Shown piece after piece: positions 27,738 to 38,297 of a DNA stretch of 64,000 bases (positions are counted from its first letter, which is position 1; each line of letters opens with the position of its first letter). The stretch is from Nitrospirota bacterium (GTDB lineage: Bacteria; Nitrospirota; Nitrospiria; Nitrospirales; NS-4). Both the position numbers and the translations under genes were made by a program. The stretch spans positions 85,099 to 149,098 of the forward strand of contig CAWBGA010000004.1 in NCBI GenBank assembly GCA_963788195.1, read 5' to 3'. The notes below the pieces were generated by a model. It was not told where the DNA came from. It saw nothing but the letters and a program-made list of their open reading frames with translations, and did no database searches.

Positions 27738-28436
27738 ATGGGCCGCATCAAGAAGCATTGGGCATTGGTCATGGCTGTCGCGATGTTGCTCAGCACGTGG
27801 GGCTCTTTGCAAATGCTATCGCGTGGCGAATCCCCCGTGTTTAAAAAACCGTTTGCCGAGTTTCCCCTGACCCTCGCTGATCGATGGAGTGGCAAGGAAT
27901 TGGGCATGGATAAGAGCGTGCTGGAGGTGTTGAACCTGACGGATTATATGATGCGTGTGTACGTGCCGTTCAGTGCGAACGCGTCCCGACCGCCGGCTGG
28001 AATGCCGGTTTATCTATACGTCGGGTACTATCAGAGCCAGCGCACGGGCGCGACGTATCACTCACCAAAGAACTGCCTGCCTGGGGCGGGTTGGCAGTTC
28101 GTCCAAGCAGAGCAAACTTCGGTTCCAGTCCCGGGGGGAAAATCCGTCACCGTGAACCAGGTTTTGATTGAAAAAGGATTGGACAAGCAGGTCATTCTCT
28201 ATTGGTATCAGGATCGGGGCCGGGTGGTGGCCAATGAATACTGGGCGAAAGCCTATTTGATCTGGGATGCCATGACCAAGCATAGGACTGATGGAGCCTT
28301 GGTTCGAATATCATTGCCGGTCACAAAGAGTACTGAAGAGGCCTATCAGGAGGGTTTTGCCTTCATGCGGGACGTCTGGCCGTCGCTTCAGGAGTATTTG
28401 CCGGACGGAGCAGATACCCTGACCAAGGCATCGTAG
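27738..28436 (+). CDS. epsI: Exosortase-associated EpsI protein
   Basis: LYVGYY, HSPKNCLPGAGW, YWYQ, RTDGALVRI. Confidence 0.92.
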   Translation: MGRIKKHWALVMAVAMLLSTWGSLQMLSRGESPVFKKPFAEFPLTLADRWSGKELGMDKSVLEVLNLTDYMMRVYVPFSANASRPPAGMPVYLYVGYYQSQRTGATYHSPKNCLPGAGWQFVQAEQTSVPVPGGKSVTVNQVLIEKGLDKQVILYWYQDRGRVVANEYWAKAYLIWDAMTKHRTDGALVRISLPVTKSTEEAYQEGFAFMRDVWPSLQEYLPDGADTLTKAS

Positions 28437-28444
28437 GAGCCTCC

Positions 28445-30552
28445 TTGGATTCGATAGGCTTGTGGATGGTGCTCCCCGCTTTTGTGGCATCGGCTGCGGC
28501 GCTCGGGCTCGCAGCCTTCCTGCTGGTTAAAAACCGTGCTAGTTCCTTCCATCGCAGCGTGGCAGCCGTCGTGGCAGCTGCCGGAGTGATCCAACTCGCG
28601 AACGCCTTGGGCGTGTCAGACCTGACTTATACACGGGAGTGGCGACGCCTGGGGTTGGTGTGTGAGCTTCTTTTTCCCGCCACCCTCCAGTATGTCGGGC
28701 TCGTCTTTCTCGAGGCGAAGACAGGCGGTGCAGAGTCAGGCGTTCGATGGCGTGCGCATGCCGTGACTGCCTTAGCGGTCGTCCTTGCGATGTCGGCCCT
28801 CTTTAGACTTATCGATATTCCCGCGATGACGGAGGACGGAGCTGTGGCAACGGCACCCGGCTCACTGGGTCGCGTCGCCTACGTGTTTATTGTGCTCTCA
28901 CTAACCTTGGGCCTGGCCCAGCTCGAATATATTCTGCGAGTGTCCCGTGATCCGATACGGTATCAGATCAAGTACGTCCTGATCGGGTTGGGCGGCCTCG
29001 CCGGTTACGAGATTTACCAGGCGAGTCAACTCATCATGTTGCCGCTCTGGAATTTGAACTTTGTACTCGTTGGCGGCATGGCCAGCTTGATTTCGCTGGG
29101 GCTCCTGTCATTCGGTTTCGGGCGGCTACGCCTGCGTCATGTGCGCGCGAAGATCTATATCTCTCCTCAAGTCCTCTACGGCTCCGTTACGTTTCTCGTT
29201 ATTGGAATCTATCTTCTTGTGGTGGGAGTCATCGGGGAAGTTATCCGTCATACCGGGGAGCCCTTAAGCGTCGGCCTAAGCGTGGTCGTGGTCTTTGCCG
29301 CAATCCTTGGGTTGGTCGTGGTTCTATTCTCTCGAGCGGCTCGCGCGGCCCTGCGTCAATTCATTGCACGGCATTTCTATCGTTCCAAGTACGACTACCG
29401 GGCCAAGTGGCTTGAGGTGACACAGGCGTTCGCGCACTGTGTATCCGGTGAGGAGATTCTTGACCGACTCCTCGAGATACTGGCTCGCACCTTTGGCGCA
29501 TCCCGGCTTTCGATTTGGATTCTATATGCGGCAGACGGCCAATACCATCGGGTCCGGTCGGTGAACACCGAACCGGCGCCCAGTCCGTTGGACGAGATCC
29601 ATCCTCTTGTATTGAAGCTCATGCAGAGCGACGAGCCGGTCGAAGTCGACGCATCGGATGCAGGTGAGGATCAAAGAGCCGCCGCCGCGGAATCATCCAA
29701 CCCCGCCGACGCGTTTCTTTGCGTGCCGATTCGATCCGAAAGGCAACTCCTGGGTTTTATTACCTTGAGCCGACAGAAGGGGGCCCGGTACGGCCAGGAT
29801 GACTTCGATCTCCTGCGGGCCATCGCGCATCATACCGGGATGCTTCTGTATCTTGCCAATGTGGCGGAAGAGCGGCGCGCGGCGGGAGAATTGGAGGCGC
29901 TGCACCGGTTCTCCGCATTTTGCCTTCATGACCTGAAGAATTTGGCTCAAAAGCTGTCCTTGGTTGTGCAGAATGCTCAGGTTCATGGGCAAGAACCCGC
30001 CTTCCAGCAATCGGTCATGCGCACAGTCTCAGGCACCGTACAAAAGATGACCGGACTTATTACAAAACTGTCAGCACGGTCGGCTCCCACCGGCGTTCCC
30101 GAGTCCGTTGATGTTCCCAATCTTATAGCCGAGACCTCGGCTCAATGAATGGCGATCTCAGGGTCGTCGTTAACTCCACTGGTAGGGCGGCGGCCGTGCG
30201 AATCGTAAGGGATCAGTTGCAACAAGTGCTGTTGAATTTGGTGCTGAACGCCCAGCAGGGGGACGGGGAGCCTCGCCACACGGAGGACCGGAATATTTGC
30301 ATCGATACCGACGAACAAGGCGGGACCGTTATCATTACAGTCACGGACCAGGGCCCGGGAATACCCCCTGAGAAGCTGCAGACACTCTTCCAGCCTTTTC
30401 ACAGCACTAAATCCAGCGGCTTGGGCCTTGGGCTCTACCAGTGCAAACGGATCATTGAGGAACACGGTGGGTCGATCCGCGTGCAAAGCGAGGTTGGCCG
30501 AGGCACCGAAGTGCGGATCGAACTGCCTGCAGCGACTCGCAGATTTCCATAA
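28445..30552 (+). pseudogene. prsK: PEP-CTERM system histidine kinase PrsK, split by a frameshift near 30135 (possible assembly indel)
   Basis: TM region, KYDYR, GAF-like domain and H-box HDLKN in 28445-30148; HATPase N/G1/F/G2 boxes in 30145-30552. Confidence 0.85.
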
Positions 30553-30657
30553 CGAGGTGCTTCATCGCTATCCGCCCTCCTAATGGGGTATCCTCTTTGA
30601 GTAGTAAAAATCCTTACAATGGCGGCTCTCTGCGAAAAGAAAAGGGCCATTGATTCT

Positions 30658-32043
30658 ATGAGCGACAAGTCTCCTTTATTGCTTGTTGAGGATGATCCGG
30701 ACATCTCTGAGCAGATGAGATGGGCGCTCGGGGATAAACATCATATTCATGAGGCCAAGGACCGCCGCACTGCCGTGGCAATCATGCGCCGAGAACAACC
30801 CCCGCTAGTCCTTCTGGATCTGGGGCTTCCCCCGGCGGCGGATGACGCCACTGAAGGCCTTGCCACCTTGCAGGAGATCCTTCAATTCGCCCCTACGACC
30901 AAAGTCATTGTGGCGACCGGCAATTCTGATCGAGCCAATGCCTTGGCCGCTGTCCGCAGCGGCGCTTATGACTTTGTTCAGAAGCCGGTGCCGCTGGATG
31001 TTCTGAAGATCATTCTGGAGCGCGCGGTCTATCTCCACCGGCTGGAACAAGAGAACCGGGCGCTTCAGGAACAAACGGGTCTCGGAGAATTTAGCGAAAT
31101 CATCGGGGTGAGTCCGCCGATGCAGCGGATCTTCGAGATGATTCGACGGGTCGCCGGTTCTGATGTCCCGGTCTTGATCACCGGGGACAGCGGGACCGGC
31201 AAGGAACTTGTGGCTCGAGCGATTCATCAGCGAAGTGGGCGGAAGAACGGCGCCTTTATCGCTATTAATTGCGGTGCGATTCCCGAAAATCTACTGGAGA
31301 GTGAGCTTTTTGGGCATGAAAAAGGCGCATTTACCGGCGCCCACCGACAGATGAAGGGTAAGCTTGAGTACGCGAATGGCGGCACGCTGCTACTCGATGA
31401 AATCGGAGAAATGCCGCTATCTTTACAGGTCAAGTTGCTGCGCTTTCTACAGGACGGCAGGCTCGAACGCGTCGGGGGACGGGAGTCGATTTCTGTGGAT
31501 ACGCGGATCCTGGCGGCCACCAATATGAACCTTAAAGAGGCCATCGAGCGCCGCCTGTTCCGGGAAGATCTGTTTTACCGGTTGAGCGTCATTGAGATAG
31601 TGGTGCCCTCGTTACAGGAACGGGGAGAGGATGTCGTATTACTTGCTCAGGCCTTCCTATTGCGATACCGGGAACTCTTTAACAGCCGGGTGAGCGGGCT
31701 TTCAGAAGAGGCTCGCGCGTCTATTTCTGGTCACGCGTGGCCGGGAAATGTCAGGGAGCTTGAAAATAGGATGAAGCGCGCCGTTCTCATGACCAAGGGA
31801 CTGATGATTCAACCTTCCGACCTGGAATTAGCATGGGATGGCACGTCCAAACCCTTGGTGACTTTGAAAGAGGCTACTTCGAAACTCGAACGAGATCTGA
31901 TCCAGCGGGCGCTTGTTTATCAGAATTGGAACATTTGTAGAGCTGCCGAAGACTTGGGGATCTCCCGCCAGACATTGCATGAATCTATTCGAAAGCATGG
32001 CTTAGAGAAGCCCCGACCCCCTGCGCAAGCTCAGCGTAGCTAA
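30658..32043 (+). CDS. prsR: PEP-CTERM-box sigma-54 response regulator PrsR
   Basis: Receiver domain (VEDD, LLDLGLPP), GDSGTGKE, GAFTGA, WPGNVRELEN, Fis-type HTH; adjacent to prsK. Confidence 0.92.
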   Translation: MSDKSPLLLVEDDPDISEQMRWALGDKHHIHEAKDRRTAVAIMRREQPPLVLLDLGLPPAADDATEGLATLQEILQFAPTTKVIVATGNSDRANALAAVRSGAYDFVQKPVPLDVLKIILERAVYLHRLEQENRALQEQTGLGEFSEIIGVSPPMQRIFEMIRRVAGSDVPVLITGDSGTGKELVARAIHQRSGRKNGAFIAINCGAIPENLLESELFGHEKGAFTGAHRQMKGKLEYANGGTLLLDEIGEMPLSLQVKLLRFLQDGRLERVGGRESISVDTRILAATNMNLKEAIERRLFREDLFYRLSVIEIVVPSLQERGEDVVLLAQAFLLRYRELFNSRVSGLSEEARASISGHAWPGNVRELENRMKRAVLMTKGLMIQPSDLELAWDGTSKPLVTLKEATSKLERDLIQRALVYQNWNICRAAEDLGISRQTLHESIRKHGLEKPRPPAQAQRS

Positions 32044-32065
32044 TAGTACGGGCGTAGTACGGGCG
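32044..32065. repeat. 11-bp tandem direct repeat TAGTACGGGCG x2
   Basis: Read directly, immediately after the prsR stop. Confidence 0.8.
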
Positions 32066-32269
32066 TACGCTGTAGCAGAAATACCCTCCAGAGTGTGGGC
32101 TTTAACGCACACGAGCCTAGGCTATACCATTAGTTGAATGCCCACAAATCACAGTCAAATCCTTTAAATACCCTGAATACGAAGTGGCCCATGATTTGCT
32201 ACCCCTATGGGGGCCGTGAAACGTCCCTTGATAGGATCAAAGAGACATTAGGGAGGCATCTTAGAGGGC

Positions 32270-33580
32270 ATGGATACAGTATGTACGCGCAGCAGGGGAC
32301 GAGGGCCCAGTTACACTCCGATCTACGACGGAGCCGTACCAACGGGGTCCTTGGACAGTTATTCCTTCCAGAAATTACGTTCTCTGCCTGTTGCACTTCC
32401 GCCGGCGGTAAAAATGGCTACGACCGACGCGGAAAAGCGGAGAATTTACGCGCTTCGGTACACGGCTTACATCAAGGAGATGCACGGTGAGAAGCGACAT
32501 CCCGAGGCGGACAACAGGAGCCAGGAATTTCGCGACGGCTGGGATGATACAGCCTACCACTTCTATCTCGAACAGGATGGGGTGATAGGCGCATGCTCGC
32601 GCGTGAATCTTCGGCGGGATGGCCCCTTGGAATGCGAAGAGGAATTGGGCATTGAATGGTTCAAGCCCTCGTTTCCTGCCCACATCGGCCTGACCTCAAG
32701 ACTAGTCATTCGTCCAAATTTTCGACGTGGAAATTTGCTAAAGCAATTGACCTGCGCCGTGTATCAATTCAAATTGGAACAGGGCATTCATTACAGCTTC
32801 CTCGATTGCCATCCCCAACTACTGCCATTGTATTCTCGCTTGGGCTATCGCCTGTATAGCCCCGGCTTTAACCACGAAAAATACACCTATGTTATTCCAA
32901 TGGTCCTAGTCATCAATGATATATACCACCTTGATCGGGTCAAGTCTCCCTTTGCCGCGGTGGCCCGTCGCCTTGGCTATTCTTCATCGAGGCCTATCGC
33001 TGTGGCGTGGAATGGCCCTCAGCCGTGCACGATAGAAGATACCACGGTCATGCATGCAAACAATATCACTGTCGATTCGGGTCTCTCTAATAGTCACCAC
33101 CCTGCGTTGGATGCAGACCTCTTCGAGGGCTTGACGTCCGAAGAAGTTACGACCCTCGTTTCACTGGGGCATATCATCTCATGTCGGGCTGGGGATAGCG
33201 TGTTGAACCCTGGCGATCCGGGGCGCGAGATTTTCGTGATCCTCCACGGAACTTTTCAAGTGCAGCGTCGGACTATCGGCGCCACCATTGTCGAAGTCAA
33301 AGTTCTCAAAATCCTGTCGGCGGGTGAAACTTTCGGTGAGATACGGTTTTTAAAAAATGAGCTTCGGCATGCATCCGTCAAAGCCCGAGAGGATTCGACG
33401 CTGTTGATTCTCAATGCCAAGGCTCTTGATCGCCTTATAACGACAGACCCTAAGATCGCGGCGAAGGTCTTTCGCAACATTGCTAAAATCATTGCCGAGC
33501 GGATGTGCGACGGCGTCAGATTTTTTCGGATGCCGAAAGCGCGCCGTTCAGAAGCCGTGGTGAACGGTTGTGAGCTCTAA
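32270..33580 (+). CDS. FeeM/GNAT-like N-acyltransferase domain fused to a C-terminal cNMP-binding domain
   Basis: IYALRYTAY, RDGWD, SRLVIRPNFR, LYSRLGY; C-terminal GDPGREIFVILHG and GETFGEI...RHASVKA. Confidence 0.75.
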   Translation: MDTVCTRSRGRGPSYTPIYDGAVPTGSLDSYSFQKLRSLPVALPPAVKMATTDAEKRRIYALRYTAYIKEMHGEKRHPEADNRSQEFRDGWDDTAYHFYLEQDGVIGACSRVNLRRDGPLECEEELGIEWFKPSFPAHIGLTSRLVIRPNFRRGNLLKQLTCAVYQFKLEQGIHYSFLDCHPQLLPLYSRLGYRLYSPGFNHEKYTYVIPMVLVINDIYHLDRVKSPFAAVARRLGYSSSRPIAVAWNGPQPCTIEDTTVMHANNITVDSGLSNSHHPALDADLFEGLTSEEVTTLVSLGHIISCRAGDSVLNPGDPGREIFVILHGTFQVQRRTIGATIVEVKVLKILSAGETFGEIRFLKNELRHASVKAREDSTLLILNAKALDRLITTDPKIAAKVFRNIAKIIAERMCDGVRFFRMPKARRSEAVVNGCEL

Positions 33581-33891
33581 CGCCAGAGAAGGCTTAATTT
33601 CTCGCAGAACCGCGCCGTGCGGCTTGTTCCCCCCGCCCGTAGACCGCTTTAAAGCCATCTCAACACCTATCGAAGCCGAAACCCGTGTAGGGTGGACGGG
33701 TCGGCATGGGCTTTCAGGCCTAGAGAGCGGAAACGACGAACTTCGTTTTTGCAGGCGTGCTCATTGCCCGTAGGTTTGCGCCGGCTCTGATGTGCCACTA
33801 GGGTAAGCCTTGGCCAGCCCAACTTTTGTTCAGGGCGACTAGCGAGTCCCAGTTAGAAAGGTAGCCTGTGGTACTAATCGTGAGGTTCTAA

Positions 33892-33935
33892 TAAAAGCGC
33901 GAGGTCCGCAAGTGGCTCACCACCTGGGACCTCGC
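33892..33935 (-). terminator. Probable intrinsic terminator of the PEP-CTERM gene
   Basis: GCGAGGTCC/GGACCTCGC stem (33899-33907/33927-33935) followed on the minus strand by GCTTTTA. Confidence 0.6.
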
Positions 33936-33956
33936 TAAGAAATATGAGAGATCAGC

Positions 33957-34772
33957 TTATCCGCGCCGGCGTTGCCGCCACAGGCCCAAGCCGACCAACC
34001 CTGAGCCGAGTAAGAGAAGACTCGCGGGTTCAGGGATAACGTTGGCCTGGTGAATTTCAAAGTTGGTTGTGATTACGCTGTCTTGTCCCTCTGGTGTGGT
34101 TAGTCCTTGGCACCCAGGCCCAACGCCTGCGGCAGCGCAGGCGGCCGGCGACAACGTACCCAGGCCGGCGACATTGACTGTTACTTGGTAGAGGAGGCCG
34201 TCGGGACCAGGGACGGTCGATATCAGCTGTGCAGGGTCAAGAAGGACAAAAATGTCATTACAGGGAGTCGGGCTGGTAGCCACTGCGCAGGGTGTCGCAT
34301 TCAGAGTCTCGGTAAATGTAATGTGAAAAGGAATAATGGGGAGGGTCCCTGGAGGAGCAGCAGGACCGCCGGTGGCGGCTAAGGTCGCCTGAAGATCCAG
34401 CGTTGCACTGGTCAGCGCCCCAGGCGCAAACCCGGTAATCGGACGGTTTTCATGGGTGAGAGTGATGCCAGGGACACCGGATGTGCTTGTGAGCAACGGA
34501 GCCCCGGTCCCACCAAAACGAGCAATAGAGGCGACTGGCTCGGTTATGACGAATGCACTCTGACCGGATCCAGTAGAAACCCCCCATGACAGTCTGGTCG
34601 GCTCACCCAATAGTGACCCTGGGAGTGAAGGGGTGACAGTCCCCGGGGCGAAAGCGCTAAATCCTGCTTGAACGTTGTAGTCCCATGAGGCGATAACTGC
34701 CGATGCGTTTGGCACGCACATGAACGAGGCAAGCAACGCAAATGCCCCAGTCGCCATGATTTTCTTCAACAT
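33957..34772 (-). CDS. THxN-type PEP-CTERM surface protein
   Basis: Signal peptide, THENRPI motif, C-terminal VIPEPASLLLLGSGLVGLGLWRQRRRG; AAAAGGAG RBS before ATG 34772. Confidence 0.93.
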   Translation of the reverse strand: MLKKIMATGAFALLASFMCVPNASAVIASWDYNVQAGFSAFAPGTVTPSLPGSLLGEPTRLSWGVSTGSGQSAFVITEPVASIARFGGTGAPLLTSTSGVPGITLTHENRPITGFAPGALTSATLDLQATLAATGGPAAPPGTLPIIPFHITFTETLNATPCAVATSPTPCNDIFVLLDPAQLISTVPGPDGLLYQVTVNVAGLGTLSPAACAAAGVGPGCQGLTTPEGQDSVITTNFEIHQANVIPEPASLLLLGSGLVGLGLWRQRRRG

Positions 34773-34822
34773 TGTGTAACAACTCCTTTTCATGATGTGG
34801 GCTCCTTGTTGACGTACAATGA

Positions 34823-34839
34823 AGCATGATATATGCCAA
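34823..34839 (-). promoter_or_regulatory. Sigma-54 -24/-12 promoter
   Basis: Minus strand TTGGCATATATCATGCT, exact GG-N10-GC spacing, about 50 bp upstream of the PEP-CTERM start. Confidence 0.8.
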
Positions 34840-34899
34840 TCTCTAAGCCTCTGAATTCACAATATAAATAAACCACCCCGCAAACTTCACTGAGAAAAG

Positions 34900-34916
34900 T
34901 GTCGAGTTTTCCGTCA
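34900..34916. promoter_or_regulatory. Putative PrsR enhancer (PEP-CTERM box)
   Basis: TGTCG-N7-CGTCA, a near-palindrome of TGTCG-N7-CGACA, upstream of the sigma-54 promoter. Confidence 0.55.
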
Positions 34917-34951
34917 GTGCGCCTGGGGCTAATCCCCTAATCTAATTCATG

Positions 34952-34964
34952 CAACTATTTGATT
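34952..34964 (-). promoter_or_regulatory. Putative IHF site
   Basis: Minus strand AATCAAATAGTTG matches WATCAANNNNTTR, in an AT-rich tract. Confidence 0.5.
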
Positions 34965-35098
34965 TATAAGTGAATTATTAAATAATTGCATTGGGTGGTA
35001 ACAACTCTTTGGGGTCAAATTTTCGGACTGTTCTTGGAGACTTTTCTAATAATCCAGGGTTGTTCTGGGTTAACCCTATACTTGGATGCCTGGACTCT

Positions 35099-35815
35099 TT
35101 ACCACCAGATCCATTCGCGCGTAATCAACACATGAACCCCGAGGAGCAGGTTTGTGACGGCGTGGGCGATGATCGATGGCCAAAGCGCTCGTGTGTGATA
35201 CACAAGCAGCGTGTACGCCACGCCAGCGACCATTCCGGCGAGCCATAGATTGTGCTCAAGGCCAAACAGCACGGTAGTAGCCAAGAACGAAAGCATTGAG
35301 AAACTGCCGAGTGGAACAGTGTCGAACCGGGGGGAGATGAGGTATCGAATCAGAAAGGATCGCCAAAAGAGTTCCTCCATGAGTGGTACGATGATAGTCG
35401 CTCCCAACAGACGGACAGTTGCCAGTACCGGCCCCCAGCCGTCACCCGCGAGAAAGGGGTTATAGCCACTGGGTTGCCCTTGCGTAGCCCAAGGCCAGTC
35501 CATTCTGACCCACAGCAGATACACCACCACGCCGGTTGCCAGAGCAAGCACCAGATTCCAAGACGTCAGGCCCTTGAAGCCTTTTAACTCGTCGTAGCAG
35601 CGCCAGTAATACACGAGTATCGCCAGAACGGCCGAAGCCTTGAGGGGGTAAAGCCAGAGATCTGATCCAGTTGCCAGTGAAGCCATGGCGGGCACGTGGG
35701 GCGAAATCCAGACGATCAACTCGGCGATGGCGAGGAAACAGAGATAGACCGCGAATGGCAGGATGCGGGGCAGCGCTTTCGATCCTTGCAGAGCGAGGAT
35801 CTGAGAACTGCTCAC
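35099..35815 (-). CDS. CAAX prenyl protease-related (CPBP) protein, exosortase-associated type
   Basis: EELFWRSFL, FGLEH, AHAVTN; start overlaps the prsT stop. Confidence 0.9.
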   Translation of the reverse strand: MSSSQILALQGSKALPRILPFAVYLCFLAIAELIVWISPHVPAMASLATGSDLWLYPLKASAVLAILVYYWRCYDELKGFKGLTSWNLVLALATGVVVYLLWVRMDWPWATQGQPSGYNPFLAGDGWGPVLATVRLLGATIIVPLMEELFWRSFLIRYLISPRFDTVPLGSFSMLSFLATTVLFGLEHNLWLAGMVAGVAYTLLVYHTRALWPSIIAHAVTNLLLGVHVLITREWIWW

Positions 35816-38091
35816 TGCTGGGACAGAACCTTTCGGGCCTCGTCGGCTCCTGGATAGTTCGGATTAAGCTTCAGGGAAGCGGCAAGGATCTTTTTCGCCG
35901 CATCCGGATTTCCGTTTTTATGTTGTACCATGCCGTAGTGATACTGCACCACCGGATCAGACGGCATCTTCTCGGCTGCTTCCTTCAACAACGAGGTGGC
36001 CTTCAGATACACATTTTTTTGATAGTAAATCCAGCCCAAGGTATCGGCGATATGTGGATCATCGGAGTTTTGCTCTCGCGCAGTCTGCGCCAGAGAAAGA
36101 GCCACGTCGATATTGCCGCCCTGCTCCATCAGCATCCAGGCCAGATTGTTGGCGGCGGGAGCGAACTTGGGATTGAGCGCGAGGACCTGTTCGTATTGAG
36201 CCTTCGCCTTGTCGTTTTGGTTCTGCTGCTGGTAGATCAGCCCCAACAACATATGCGCTTGGAGGACCTTCGGATTCTTGGCGATGGCGGCTTCATACTC
36301 CTTAATGGCTTGGTCCAGCTTCCCTGTAGCTTGATATAGCCTTGCGAGGTTTATGTAGGAGACCGGAATCGTATCGTTCAAGGCAATTGCCTTCTTGAAC
36401 TCCTCTTCCGCTTTGTCGGGTTCCTTGCCCACAAAATACAGACCCCCAAGAACATTATGGATCATCGGATTCTTCGGAGACAGTTCAAGTTGTCGAAGGG
36501 CGCGATCACGCGCTTCCGCCGGCTTATGTTGGCCAAGTTTGATTTCGACAATTTGGGTCAGCGGCTCAATCGCATTCGGATTAACTTTCAGAGCCTCTTC
36601 GAAGTATGCCAACGCACCGGCCTCATTTTTTTCCATGCGGGCAAGGAGTCCGAGTCGATAGCGGCTCACCGCATCTTGGGGCAAGGTCTTGGCAATGGTC
36701 TCAAAGACTTGCTTGGATTTTGCGGGCTCGCCCCGGCGCGCATAAATGTCACCCAACAAGAGCGCGGCCTTCACATTCCGAGGATTGAGCCGAATGGCGG
36801 CCTGGGCATGTTCAAGCGCCAAGTCCAGTGAGCCTTCTAGAAAGTGCACGGCGGCGAGCGCCGTGCGGCTGTCCGCGAACCCCGGGGCCAGCTTGACGGC
36901 CTCGGTCAGTTCCTGGCGGGCCCGGCCAAGATCGTTCTTATCGGCAAACGCGAGGCCGAGAAAATGATGTGCGGCCCCCCATTGAGGCTCATCTTTCAGG
37001 ATTACTTGCAGGGATTGGATGGCATCGTCCAGCTTTCCGCGGGCCAACAGCAGTCGTGCATCGTAAAAGCGGCCGGACCTGTCTTTCCCGTTCTTCTCAA
37101 GCACCTTCTGCACCAGTTGGCTGGCCTCATCAAGTTTTCCCGTATCGAGATAATGCTCAATCAGTCGGTCCCGGGCTAAAGTTGAATCTGGGTTGAGAGA
37201 TACAGCCTTCTGGAAACTTGCCCGCGCTTTGTCTATCTGACCTAGAAAGGTATATAGCTGCCCGAGGTAAAGGTGCGGTACCTCGTCCTTGGGTTTTGCT
37301 TCGGCCAGCCGTAGAAAGACGCCTTCTGCCTGGTCCCATTTTTGAGTAAGTTCGTAGAATCCGGCGAGTTTGACGTGTAGGGCGGTATTTTCAGGACTGA
37401 TCTCCAACGCTCGCTTGTATTCCGCCTCAGCCTCGTCGTTTTTCCCCGCCATGAGCCGAAGGTCTCCCAAGGCGAGATGCGCGTCGAGGGAGCGGGGGTC
37501 TACGGTCAAAGCTTTCCGGATCGTCGCTTCCGCCGCGCTCATGTCTTTTTTCCGCGCGTAAACGAGTGCCAAGTCAAGATAGATTCGGATATTGTTGGGA
37601 TTTGCCTCGATTGCCTTCTTCAGGTCGCGGATCCCCTCTTCATACTCTTTCTCATTGATATGGCTCTTGCCACGAAGCACCAGTCCTTCACTGTCTTGAG
37701 GGGTTGACGTCAACACGACATCCACATGTTCACGGGCTTTGCCAGGTTGTTTCGCCAATAGGTAGAGCTCGGCCAGCTTCAGTTGCGCGTCTCGATTGCT
37801 TGGATCTATCTCTACAACCTTCGTCAACTCCGCAAAGGCCGACTGCCAGTCAGTGAGCGTGTTGAGCTTGAGATAGGTAAGGGCCAGGCGGTAGTGGCCT
37901 TCGGCGCCCTTGGGGTCGAGTTGAATGACATTCTTAAATTCGATAACGGCTTCGGGATATTTTGCCTTGTCGTAGTAGGAAAGACCCCGCTCCAGGTGTT
38001 TCGCCTTTTGGGCCTCGGGAGAAGCTTGGCTACACGCGGTGAGGTACAGCACACAAAGAACGAAAACCCCGATGGCGTTACGGGCGCGCAT
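35812..38091 (-). CDS. prsT: TPR-repeat lipoprotein (PrsT-like)
   Basis: Lipobox LTAC, many TPR repeats, C-terminal NNLAW...DTLGWIYY; GAGG RBS before ATG 38091. Confidence 0.82.
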   Translation of the reverse strand: MRARNAIGVFVLCVLYLTACSQASPEAQKAKHLERGLSYYDKAKYPEAVIEFKNVIQLDPKGAEGHYRLALTYLKLNTLTDWQSAFAELTKVVEIDPSNRDAQLKLAELYLLAKQPGKAREHVDVVLTSTPQDSEGLVLRGKSHINEKEYEEGIRDLKKAIEANPNNIRIYLDLALVYARKKDMSAAEATIRKALTVDPRSLDAHLALGDLRLMAGKNDEAEAEYKRALEISPENTALHVKLAGFYELTQKWDQAEGVFLRLAEAKPKDEVPHLYLGQLYTFLGQIDKARASFQKAVSLNPDSTLARDRLIEHYLDTGKLDEASQLVQKVLEKNGKDRSGRFYDARLLLARGKLDDAIQSLQVILKDEPQWGAAHHFLGLAFADKNDLGRARQELTEAVKLAPGFADSRTALAAVHFLEGSLDLALEHAQAAIRLNPRNVKAALLLGDIYARRGEPAKSKQVFETIAKTLPQDAVSRYRLGLLARMEKNEAGALAYFEEALKVNPNAIEPLTQIVEIKLGQHKPAEARDRALRQLELSPKNPMIHNVLGGLYFVGKEPDKAEEEFKKAIALNDTIPVSYINLARLYQATGKLDQAIKEYEAAIAKNPKVLQAHMLLGLIYQQQNQNDKAKAQYEQVLALNPKFAPAANNLAWMLMEQGGNIDVALSLAQTAREQNSDDPHIADTLGWIYYQKNVYLKATSLLKEAAEKMPSDPVVQYHYGMVQHKNGNPDAAKKILAASLKLNPNYPGADEARKVLSQQ

Positions 38092-38297
38092 AGGTTCCTC
38101 CAAAGACAAGGCAAAGGGACCGATGGGATGTTGGGAACAGCAACTGTACCAGTCATTCCCCCATAAGGGCTATCCTACGGAAGTACAATCAAAGGATTAA
38201 GTGTTATCCATGACAACCAGATTAGCATTTCCCCTTAATACTCCTCGGGGGGAGGTTTACAGGATGTGGAAGGTACTATTGCGCCCGGCCAGGCTTC

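Noticed and set aside
32044..32065. 11-bp tandem repeat as a target-site duplication
   Set aside because: No intervening element; simple slippage or an assembly artefact is sufficient
38135..38152. Sigma-54 promoter upstream of prsT (minus strand CTGGTACAGTTGCTGT)
   Set aside because: Spacing gives GG-N10-GT, not GC
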